Shown piece by piece: positions 15,759 to 23,093 of a stretch of 64,000 nt of DNA. The notes below the pieces were generated by a model, which saw only the letters and a list, made by a program, of their open reading frames with translations, had not been told where the DNA came from and searched no databases. Source of the stretch: an uncultured Eubacteriales bacterium (GTDB lineage Bacteria > Bacillota > Clostridia > Oscillospirales > Acutalibacteraceae). The stretch lies in NCBI GenBank assembly GCA_951801675.1, contig CATONX010000002.1, forward strand, positions 129,038 through 193,037, given 5' to 3'. Each line of letters opens with the position of its first letter. Position 1 is the first letter of the stretch. The translations under genes were made by a program, and so were the position numbers.

Positions 15759-16958
15759 TTACTCGATATAAATACCGCCGCTGATGGATGCAGGCAGGTA
15801 TTGTGACGGCTGCGAACCTTCCGCCGTGATGCCCATGATGATGGTTACCAGTGTTCCGGCCGGGAGCGGGATATTCAGACCCGTTATGCTGGCTCTGCGC
15901 AGGGTGTATTTCGGGATTTCCTCCGTACCCGTATACGGGGGAAAATACACGATGCTGTCTGCAAGTACGGTAAAGGTCAGGGTTTCGGTGGTTGCGATGG
16001 CCAGGCACATGAATGGACGTATGGTGACGTCTTCTTCCAGATACAGTGCCTGCCGGTTGGCGAATACGCCGTAGATGTTTTGCACCGTTCCATCAATAGG
16101 CATGACGAAAGAAGATGGGTACGAGCTGCTATCATCAATGGTAATGGTTCCGGACGCCCATTCGCCGGGGTCCAAAGACGTATAGTATCCATTGTCGCCG
16201 CCAAAGCCAGCGTAAGCGATTTGAGACGGTTCGCCGGTGGAATCCGTGCTAAGCGTTACGCCCGACGAACTTTGATTGGAATAGGAAAACGCGATGGTAG
16301 CGGCAACGGGGCCTTGGATTCCCTGCGGGCCAGGTATGCCCTGGATACCCTGTTCTCCCTGCGGGCCAGGCACGCCCTGGATACCTTGTTCCCCTTGCGG
16401 GCCGGGTTCGCCCTGTAGACCCTGTGGGCCCTGTACACCCTGCGGCCCTTGTGGACCCGGTTCGCCCTGTGGACCCTGCACCCCCGGTACCCCTTGAAGC
16501 CCGGTAGCGCCGGTCGCTCCGGTGGGCCCCTGCGGCCCGGCCGCACCCGTTACCCCTCTGGGAATGCGGAAATTCAGAAGACCTTGATTTGGGTCTCCTA
16601 CATCGATGACACTGGCTTCTTCCTCTGGTTCTCCTGTGGTCGTTGCGTTAATGAATAATCCACGCCCTGCTGCCCCATCCGCGCCCGCAGGCCCTTGCTC
16701 GCCCTGAGGACCCTGAGGGCCAGGAAATCCCTGCGGTCCCGCAGGCCCTTGCTCGCCCTGGGGCCCCTGCGGGCCGGGAGATCCCTGCGGCCCCGCAGGC
16801 CCTTGTTCGCCTTGGGGTCCCTGCGGCCCCGTCGGACCAGGTGTGCCGGAGCCGCACGGTGGAAAGCAGGGTGGCTGGGGTGGCCGGCACGCACACCAAT
16901 GACCAAAATCAGGCTGACAGGCGTCCCCAAAGCCTTCAGGCCAATCTCTATGAAACAT
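15759..16958 (-). CDS. Collagen-like (G-X-Y) surface/exosporium-type glycoprotein with a BclB/BclA-like C-terminal globular domain
   Basis: Two G-X-Y blocks and a Cys-rich N-terminus. The C-terminal ~180 aa resemble BclB-related domains ([16 protein letters not shown]...ISGGIYIE). Start MFHRDW at 16958 has AGGAGG 7 nt upstream. Confidence 0.85.
   Translation of the reverse strand: MFHRDWPEGFGDACQPDFGHWCACRPPQPPCFPPCGSGTPGPTGPQGPQGEQGPAGPQGSPGPQGPQGEQGPAGPQGFPGPQGPQGEQGPAGADGAAGRGLFINATTTGEPEEEASVIDVGDPNQGLLNFRIPRGVTGAAGPQGPTGATGATGLQGVPGVQGPQGEPGPQGPQGVQGPQGLQGEPGPQGEQGIQGVPGPQGEQGIQGIPGPQGIQGPVAATIAFSYSNQSSSGVTLSTDSTGEPSQIAYAGFGGDNGYYTSLDPGEWASGTITIDDSSSYPSSFVMPIDGTVQNIYGVFANRQALYLEEDVTIRPFMCLAIATTETLTFTVLADSIVYFPPYTGTEEIPKYTLRRASITGLNIPLPAGTLVTIIMGITAEGSQPSQYLPASISGGIYIE
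16308..16556 (-). repeat. Collagen G-X-Y coding repeat block 2
   Basis: Encodes [16 protein letters not shown]...[32 protein letters not shown], including a 36-bp tandem unit. Confidence 0.8.
16662..16853 (-). repeat. Collagen G-X-Y coding repeat block 1 (about three 54-bp tandem units)
   Basis: Encodes [16 protein letters not shown](S/F)P repeated about three times. Confidence 0.8.
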
Positions 16959-17008
16959 AAAATTACCTCCTGTTTTGGGAAGAGAGCATTTCAAATAGTA
17001 TCCCGATC

Positions 17009-17036
17009 CATCTTATGAGGTTTCCGAAGGAATCGT
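17009..17036 (-). promoter_or_regulatory. Candidate mother-cell (SigK-like) promoter for the collagen-like gene
   Basis: Minus strand reads AC, 17 nt, then CATAAGATG, compared with the B. subtilis SigK consensus AC-N16-17-CATAnnnTA. It lies about 50 nt upstream of the ATG. This is a weak, pattern-only call. Confidence 0.3.
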
Positions 17037-17123
17037 GATTGCACGAAGTGTTTGTTTTTGACATAGCGCGCCTGTTTGGCCACATATACTTGAAAGATAA
17101 AATCGGAGAAAGGGAGGAAACGT

Positions 17124-17513
17124 ATGGCTGCAAAAGGATCGCTATTGGCACACATTTTTACTTCAGATTCCAATATTCCCGTAGAAGAGGCCACGGTTAC
17201 GGTTACGCAGACCCAGCCGGACGGGCTTATCGAACTGCTCGCCGTTCGGATTACCGATGAAAGCGGCTTAACCAAGCCCCTGGAAGTTCCCACACCCGAA
17301 AAAGCCGTCAGTCAAGCACCTTCTGAGGAGCAGCCCTTCTCTTTGGTGCAGGTAACAGCGGAGCATCCGCTATACGAGCGGATTGTGGTAAAGGATGTGC
17401 AAATATTCCCCGACACCGTGTCCATACAGAATATGCAGTTGATTCCGTTAGCGGAAGCGCCGGAGGTTTTCAACCAGACCGAGGTCTTTCCCATACCGCC
17501 CCAAAACCTGTAA
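17124..17513 (+). CDS. Carboxypeptidase-regulatory-like (Ig-like beta-sandwich) domain protein
   Basis: 129 aa; GGGAGG RBS. The motif AHIFTSDSNIPVEEATVTV is typical of CarboxypepD_reg-like domains. Confidence 0.6.
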   Translation: MAAKGSLLAHIFTSDSNIPVEEATVTVTQTQPDGLIELLAVRITDESGLTKPLEVPTPEKAVSQAPSEEQPFSLVQVTAEHPLYERIVVKDVQIFPDTVSIQNMQLIPLAEAPEVFNQTEVFPIPPQNL

Positions 17514-17525
17514 GGAGGTGCCAAC

Positions 17526-18935
17526 TTGCCGATCGTCACACCGTATGTACCCCAGTCCATCGTCGTGCATTTAGGCGCGCCGGCCAGCAGCGCCGCCAAC
17601 GTTACAGTGTCCTTTGCTGACTATATCAAAAACGTTGCTTCCAGTGAAATCTATCCCACATGGAACGAGAGCGCCATGCGGGCGAATATTCTGGCGCAGG
17701 TTTCCTACGCATTAAACCGCGTCTATACGGAATTCTACCGCAGCCGGGGGTATGCGTTTGATATTACCAATTCTACGGCTTATGACCAGGCGTTTGTCAA
17801 CGGGCGGAATATTTTCGAAGACATCAGCCAGCTGGTGGACGACCTGTTCAACGATTACATTCGCCGCCAGGGCTTCGTAGAGCCCTTGTTTGCTTCCTTC
17901 TGCAACGGCACGACGGTTACCTGTGAGGGTTTGAGCCAATGGGGTTCCCAGAGCCTAGCGGAGCAAGGCTACAATTCCGTGCAGATTTTAAGGAACTATT
18001 ACGGGGACAACATCGAGCTCGTAATTGACGCGCCCATTCAAAACGTTACGACCTCTTATCCGGGCGTGCCTTTGCGGGAAGGAAACGCCGGCCCGAACGT
18101 CATCGTCATTCAAAGTTCTCTCAACCGCATCTCGCAGAATTATCCCGCGATTCCAAAGGTCTACCCGGTGGACGGCATATTCGGCCCGGGTACCGCGGCG
18201 GCGGTACGCAAATTTCAGCAAGTGTTCGGCCTTACGGTTGACGGAATCGTCGGCAAGGCCACATGGTATCGGATTGTGCAGCTATACGTGGGCATCCGGC
18301 GGCTGGCGGAGCTCAATTCGGAAGGCCAGACATTTACAGGCATCTCTTGGGCCTATCCGGATGCGATCGTGGAGGGGGACAGCGGTCAAAAAGTATCCCA
18401 TTTGCAGTATATGCTGGCGGTCCTTGCTGAATTTAACCCCCAGATCCCGCCCGTTGAGGTCACCGGTGAGTTCGACGAAGCCACCAAAAATGCGGTGGTT
18501 TCCTTTCAGCGATGGGCCGGGCTGCCTCAGAACGGAGAGGTTGGAGCGGATGCCTGGGACGCCATTTACGATGCGTATGCAGGAGTCGCCGAAACGGTTC
18601 TCAGCCGGGGCGAGCTCTTTCCCTATCAGAGCAACGTTACTCCTGCCGATTCGGTTCGAGAGCTGCAAGAACAGCTTGCCGACGTGGCCGGAGAAACGCC
18701 GGGCATGATTTGTCCGAAAATTACCGGGCGGTATGACGCCGCAACGAGGCGCGCGATATTGCAGTTCCAGAGGTATTGCAGGCTTCCGGCCAATGGACGC
18801 GTCGACACCGCCACCAAGGACGCGCTGGCAGACGATGTGGTAATTCTGCGGTATTCCCGCACGTCCCGGTTTACCCAATATCCGGGCCGAAGCCTTGCTT
18901 ACGGCATGACCGATCACACAGAGGAGGTGGGGTGA
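17526..18935 (+). CDS. Peptidoglycan-binding protein: SpoIID/LytB-like N-terminal domain plus three PG_binding_1 repeats
   Basis: TTG start with AGGAGG upstream. Three repeats of the type DGIFGPGTAAAVRKFQQVFGLTVDGIVGKATW. The N-terminal domain assignment is tentative. Confidence 0.8.
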   Translation: MPIVTPYVPQSIVVHLGAPASSAANVTVSFADYIKNVASSEIYPTWNESAMRANILAQVSYALNRVYTEFYRSRGYAFDITNSTAYDQAFVNGRNIFEDISQLVDDLFNDYIRRQGFVEPLFASFCNGTTVTCEGLSQWGSQSLAEQGYNSVQILRNYYGDNIELVIDAPIQNVTTSYPGVPLREGNAGPNVIVIQSSLNRISQNYPAIPKVYPVDGIFGPGTAAAVRKFQQVFGLTVDGIVGKATWYRIVQLYVGIRRLAELNSEGQTFTGISWAYPDAIVEGDSGQKVSHLQYMLAVLAEFNPQIPPVEVTGEFDEATKNAVVSFQRWAGLPQNGEVGADAWDAIYDAYAGVAETVLSRGELFPYQSNVTPADSVRELQEQLADVAGETPGMICPKITGRYDAATRRAILQFQRYCRLPANGRVDTATKDALADDVVILRYSRTSRFTQYPGRSLAYGMTDHTEEVG

Positions 18936-19507
18936 TGGCAATCGTCAATGAGCCGATCGGCCAGCCGATCCGAAGCCTGCAGATCATGCTCAGGGCCATC
19001 GCCCAATACGACGGGGATGTTCTCCCGGTGATCCCGGACGGGATTTATTCCAATGATACGGTGGCATCGGTTTCCTCTTTCCAGAAGCGGCATGGGCTGC
19101 CTGTTACGGGGGAAACCGATCTTCAGACCTGGTATGCGGTGGCTGCCGCGTACCGGCAGGCATTGGTGGAAATCGGTCCGGCACAGCCGGTAAATATCAT
19201 TCTGCAAAGAGGCCAAGTCATCCGAGCGGGAGAAGTAAACGAACACCTGTACATGATGCATGGAATGCTGCGCTGTATCGGCTGCTATTATCCATCCATG
19301 CCCCGGGTTTTATGCAACAATGTACACGATGAGCAGTCCGTCGCGGCCATCCGCTGGCTGCAGACCCGTGCCGGCATAGAGCCTACCGGCGAGATTACCA
19401 GGCTGACCTGGAAGCACCTGTCCCTTCTTTACCGGATTACCGTAGGAGACGGCACTGTCCCGGCCCCCGCTGCACCCAACTTGCAAAATGACGTTGTCAA
19501 AGAGTAA
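18935..19507 (+). CDS. Peptidoglycan-binding protein (two PG_binding_1 repeats)
   Basis: Start MAIVNEP at 18935 overlaps the upstream TGA (TGATG). Repeat motif: DGIYSNDTVASVSSFQKRHGLPVTGETDLQTW. The ORF-track start at 18776 lies inside the preceding gene. Confidence 0.75.
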   Translation: MAIVNEPIGQPIRSLQIMLRAIAQYDGDVLPVIPDGIYSNDTVASVSSFQKRHGLPVTGETDLQTWYAVAAAYRQALVEIGPAQPVNIILQRGQVIRAGEVNEHLYMMHGMLRCIGCYYPSMPRVLCNNVHDEQSVAAIRWLQTRAGIEPTGEITRLTWKHLSLLYRITVGDGTVPAPAAPNLQNDVVKE

Positions 19508-19533
19508 GGCGGGCGCACGGCGGCACTGTGGTC

Positions 19534-19607
19534 GCGCAAAAAGGCCGCACCGCGGCATTCCCTGCCTCTCATAGGGAAATGCCTGAATAGGTGCGGCCTT
19601 TTTGCGC
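19534..19607. terminator. Nested inverted-repeat terminator between convergent genes
   Basis: Outer 18-bp inverted repeat GCGCAAAAAGGCCGCACC / GGTGCGGCCTTTTTGCGC encloses an inner hairpin, GGCATTCCC...GGGAAATGCC. Confidence 0.55.
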
Positions 19608-19648
19608 GCCTCTGCTTACGGAAAGCTTGCTGCTGGGAAAACGGGACT

Positions 19649-20155
19649 TTATCCTGATGTGGTCAGCTTCCCTTTTTCCAGGTGATGAACCATATCACAC
19701 CCCCTTGCAATGGAATTCGAGTGGGTGACGATGATGACGCACTTTCCCTGTTCGTGGGCAATGCCGCGGAAAATACGCGGGATAGTTTCCTCTGCAGCGC
19801 CGTCCAGATTTCCAATGGGTTCATCCACGATCATTAGATTGGGATTGTGGGCGCGGGCGATGCCCATCCGCTGCGGTTCCCCGCCAGAGAGCTTTAAGAC
19901 CTTCCGGTCAGCAGTTTCCCGGTCGATCCCCACCTGTTCCAGAAATCCGTAGGCGGCCTGCCTCATTTTTTTCGCCCTTACTCTGGAGATGCGCATGGAG
20001 AGCTCCATGTTTTGTACGGCGGTAGCGTTTGTCAGCCGGTTATATCCCTGGAAAACCTCACCGATGTCGCGGGCACGGTCGCGGTCGAGCCGCTTGAGGT
20101 CCTTGCCGCACAACCGTGCACAATCCGTATAACGGGACAGCGTGGATAAAAATCA
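19649..20155 (-). pseudogene. 5'-truncated ABC transporter ATP-binding gene (no Walker A)
   Basis: Keeps a degenerate signature and Walker B (LSGGEPQRMGIARA-HNPNLMIVDEP). It aligns by eye with residues ~60-220 of the intact ATPase at 34282-34956. An in-frame stop occurs at about 20150. Confidence 0.65.
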
Positions 20156-20187
20156 GCCGTTTGGGTTTGTTTCCTCTTCCATTTTTG

Positions 20188-20205
20188 GAACATATGTTCT
20201 ATAAT
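20188..20205 (+). promoter_or_regulatory. LexA (Cheo/SOS) box GAACATATGTTC abutting a TATAAT -10 hexamer
   Basis: Perfect GAAC-N4-GTTC palindrome at 20188-20199, immediately followed by TATAAT at 20200-20205. It lies 35 nt upstream of the 50-aa ORF. Confidence 0.6.
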
Positions 20206-20240
20206 CCAAAAGGAAAACCAAAACGGAGGTTTTTATCAGC

Positions 20241-20393
20241 ATGGATATAGATCAAAAAGAGGCCCCGTCCAATGAGACGGTAGAGGAGCTTTTGTATGTG
20301 CTTGCGAGAAATTCAGAGGAGTATGCGAAACAAGTGCTTACATACGCGGTATGTTTGGAACGCAGCGCTTACGCTGGCAAAAAGAACGAATAA
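20241..20393 (+). CDS. Hypothetical 50-aa acidic helical protein (not in the ORF track); candidate SOS-controlled antirepressor
   Basis: Own translation: MDIDQKEAPSNETVEELLYVLARNSEEYAKQVLTYAVCLERSAYAGKKNE. GGAGG lies 11 nt upstream, and a terminator follows directly. Confidence 0.4.
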   Translation: MDIDQKEAPSNETVEELLYVLARNSEEYAKQVLTYAVCLERSAYAGKKNE

Positions 20394-20400
20394 GACCCAG

Positions 20401-20437
20401 AAAAGGCCGGGGAATCATTCCCCGGCCTTTTCTGTTT
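20401..20437. terminator. Bidirectional terminator shared by the small ORF and the XRE gene
   Basis: GGCCGGGGAA / TTCCCCGGCC stem flanked by AAAA and TTTT. It overlaps the last codons of the XRE gene. Confidence 0.6.
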
Positions 20438-20804
20438 GCGTTTGAAGACCGCTTATGAATTTCTGCACGGCTGCTTTTTCCTTTGCGTCCAACTGCCAAT
20501 AGGCCTGCAAAAGCCCTTTGATGAAAGAATCGTCCGACGTCTGTATTTCTGTTAGGATCTCAATGAGCTGTGCGTCTTTAGAAAGCTCTTGAAACATCTC
20601 CCCCTGGCCGGTGCGCAGCCAGAGCTCGGAAACATGAAACTCCCGGCAGATATCCGCCACCGTCCGGTCGCTGGGATTTCGCTTTCCCGATACCAGCTGG
20701 GAAACATAGGATTGGTCGATATTGAGCCGCTGCGCGAACTGGACCTTTTTGATCCCGACCGCGCCAAGCAGCAAACCGATTCTTTTACCGATGGTATTTT
20801 CCAT
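20415..20804 (-). CDS. XRE-family (cI-like) phage repressor
   Basis: N-terminal HTH_3 motif: VQFAQRLNIDQSYVSQLVSGKRNPSDRTVADICREFHVSELWL. It faces away from the structural genes. Confidence 0.85.
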   Translation of the reverse strand: MENTIGKRIGLLLGAVGIKKVQFAQRLNIDQSYVSQLVSGKRNPSDRTVADICREFHVSELWLRTGQGEMFQELSKDAQLIEILTEIQTSDDSFIKGLLQAYWQLDAKEKAAVQKFISGLQTQTEKAGE

Positions 20805-20877
20805 TGCCTCACCCTCCGTCTCTGGGTATTACGGTATCACATAAAAATGGCTGTGTCAAGTTTTTTGAAAAAAGGAG

Positions 20878-20906
20878 TTGACAAACATGGCTAGGCACTA
20901 TATAAT
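20878..20906 (+). promoter_or_regulatory. Consensus sigma-A promoter (orphan early, PR-like) bracketed by a 9-bp inverted repeat
   Basis: TTGACA (20878-20883), 17-nt spacer, TATAAT (20901-20906). Flanked by GCTGTGTCA (20850-20858) and TGACACAGC (20909-20917). Confidence 0.55.
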
Positions 20907-21050
20907 GATGACACAGCAAATATAAACCCATTGGAAACAGGGCTGAGAGAAAGGCGGCACAAGGTACTTGGTGCCGGTTTGAAGCCGTTGAACGAAAATG
21001 GACATGCTTTTTACCAAAGCGGATACAAGCAGCCGCAGACCAAAGGCCCG

Positions 21051-21083
21051 AAAAAAGAAACCCGCCTGCCACTGGCAGACGGG
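21051..21083 (-). terminator. Terminator of the TM2 gene
   Basis: Stem CCCGCCTGCC / GGCAGACGGG, followed on the minus strand by TTTCTTTTTT. Confidence 0.55.
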
Positions 21084-21092
21084 AATATAACC

Positions 21093-21470
21093 TCAAACAT
21101 AATAGGGATTCGGTTTGGTACAAAGCACCACAAAGTCCACGAGGAAGCCGATTCCAAACAAACCGGCTGTAAACAAATACAGAATTCCCATCCCGATTTT
21201 GCCCTCATAGAATTTGTGGCCGCCAAATATGCCAAGGAAAAAGCAAAGAAGCAAGGACACCCATTTGTTTTTCATGCTGGAATAGGATGGAGCAGGGGCT
21301 CCGGGATAGCCGTAGGGGCTTTCCACATTGCTTACGGTGGTGTTCTCAACGTTGTTATAGATCACGTTTTCATAGTTATTGATGATAATGGGCTGCCCGG
21401 GCTGAACTTCGGGGATCTGATTTGGAGGGGTTGCCGGCTGTGGATCAAAGTTGGTTGTCTCATTTGGCAT
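21093..21470 (-). CDS. TM2-domain membrane protein
   Basis: Pro/Asn-rich N-terminus followed by a TM2 signature: LLLCFFLGIFGGHKFYEGKIGMGILYLFT. Good RBS. Confidence 0.8.
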   Translation of the reverse strand: MPNETTNFDPQPATPPNQIPEVQPGQPIIINNYENVIYNNVENTTVSNVESPYGYPGAPAPSYSSMKNKWVSLLLCFFLGIFGGHKFYEGKIGMGILYLFTAGLFGIGFLVDFVVLCTKPNPYYV

Positions 21471-21763
21471 ACAATTCTCTCCCTTCTTCGTTTCTTTCTA
21501 ACTATAACGCAATATTTTATGAATTTCAACAGGTTATTTCATAATTTCAAGCATATACCATTGAAAAAATGGAAATAACGAGAAATTATCGGTCAAAAGG
21601 AAAGCAGAAAACAATGGCAACACAACGCTCAACCCCACCTGCTTTGCAGCCATTCGGCTGCGAAGGTTTGGTGTTTTGCACACAGGAATCTCTTTGCCCA
21701 TAAACGTGCTGGCGGCGTTAAACTGCACGGAATTGCCGACGGGCTGAAAACGGGGAGGCCGAT

Positions 21764-22396
21764 ATGGCTCAATTGAATCAGAAACGGCCGGTTTTATCGA
21801 CGAAGAACAATCACATTTTGCCCGGAAATATTCCACAGGACGGTACGGCGCAAAAAAACAACGTGCCCGTGCAGCTGATGCAAAATCAGCTCGATGAGCT
21901 GATTGGGCGCGCTTATGCAAGAGGCGTGCGCAAAGGCAAACGCGACGCGGCAGAGGCGGTTGCAGAGGAACAAAAAGAAAAGGCCTATGAGGTCCTTCGC
22001 GCAGCAACGGGGCGACTTTTGCATGCTACCGTTCGGGAGGCGGCCGCCTCCCTGGGCCTTTCCGCAAAAGGGGCACAGACGGCGCTGAGACTGATGGATT
22101 TTTCCAGATGTATCAAGGATGGGGATGTGAACGAAACAGCGGTTAAAGAGCTTGTGGCCGGATTTCTGGAAGAGTATCCGGAGTTTCATATAAGACCGCA
22201 GACCGCTGGGCGCAAAGCATCCCGCAGGAGGAGACGCGCCTTTGTCACAGGCGGCTCTGCCTGCAAGAAGCAAGCGGTACATACGACACAAAAAGGACGC
22301 AGGCCGTCCCGCGTCCGCCAAATCAGGCAGGCTGCCTTTTCTGCCGGGGACGGCGTTGCGGCAGGAAAAGAGCACAACAAGGAGCGTCACCCATGA
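21764..22396 (+). CDS. Phage scaffold-like (DUF4355-like) protein with an aberrant Arg-rich C-terminal tail
   Basis: Charged helical N-terminus, then ...LRLMDFSRCIKDGDVNETAVKELVAGFLEEYPEF, which resembles scaffold proteins. The last ~65 aa (RKASRRRRRAF...) look non-native. Confidence 0.5.
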   Translation: MAQLNQKRPVLSTKNNHILPGNIPQDGTAQKNNVPVQLMQNQLDELIGRAYARGVRKGKRDAAEAVAEEQKEKAYEVLRAATGRLLHATVREAAASLGLSAKGAQTALRLMDFSRCIKDGDVNETAVKELVAGFLEEYPEFHIRPQTAGRKASRRRRRAFVTGGSACKKQAVHTTQKGRRPSRVRQIRQAAFSAGDGVAAGKEHNKERHP

Positions 22397-22764
22397 GCTA
22401 CATCAATGTCAGCGATTACAAGGAAAACATGCGAAGCCAGCAGCCGGAAGATTTCGAAGTTTTGGCCATTTGGGCCAGCGAGCAGATCGACGCGGCGACC
22501 AACTGGCAGTTACGCGGCAGTCTGGCGAATTTGGATGAGTTTGAAGCCGGACAGGTTAAAAAAGCCGCCTGCATCCAGGTGAAGTGGCTGGAGGAGCTGG
22601 GCGGAATGAGCGCTTTGGTAACCCCCGCGTTTTCCAGCATGTCCTTAGGCAAGTTTACGATTTCCATGCCAGCAGGAGCGGAAGAGGCGGGCGCGCTTTG
22701 CCCGTTGGCAAAGCTTTGCCTGTCCCCCACAGGGCTGCTGCACACGGGGGAGGTAGCGAAGTGA
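22393..22764 (+). CDS. Phage head-tail connector/adaptor-like protein
   Basis: 123 aa; ATGA overlap with the preceding gene. Position and size fit a gp6-like connector. Call is based on context. Confidence 0.5.
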   Translation: MSYINVSDYKENMRSQQPEDFEVLAIWASEQIDAATNWQLRGSLANLDEFEAGQVKKAACIQVKWLEELGGMSALVTPAFSSMSLGKFTISMPAGAEEAGALCPLAKLCLSPTGLLHTGEVAK

Positions 22765-23093
22765 TTCCGATTCCATCCGCCCTCCTCATCCACGCAGCAA
22801 AGCTGCTGCCGACTGCCAAAGAGGATGTCTGGCAGAACAAAAATTACAGTCAGCCGGTTCTTCTCTCCGGCATCCGGGTGGAGCCGGCCGGGCAATGGAC
22901 AATGGAAGGCCAAAACCGGCGGATATCGCATACCGCCACCCTTTTTTACGATTGCCGCAACAGCAGGCCCCAGAACGTAGAGTTTCAAGCGGGCGGAAAA
23001 ATCGTATTCGAGGGCAGGGAATATACCATTGAAACGGTGGAACCGCTCTATGACGGCCGCCGGCTGCACCACATTGAGGTGGGCCTGTCGTGA
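22761..23093 (+). CDS. Phage minor-capsid/head-tail joining protein (Minor_capsid_1-like)
   Basis: GTG start overlaps the upstream TGA (GTGA). 110 aa ending ...GREYTIETVEPLYDGRRLHHIEVGL, which is typical of this family. Confidence 0.55.
   Translation: MIPIPSALLIHAAKLLPTAKEDVWQNKNYSQPVLLSGIRVEPAGQWTMEGQNRRISHTATLFYDCRNSRPQNVEFQAGGKIVFEGREYTIETVEPLYDGRRLHHIEVGLS

Noticed and set aside
20931-21578. 215-aa plus-strand ORF downstream of the orphan consensus promoter
   Set aside because: It is the antisense frame of the well-supported TM2-domain gene. It has no RBS and lacks coding character. I considered it as the missing cro/early gene and dismissed that idea.
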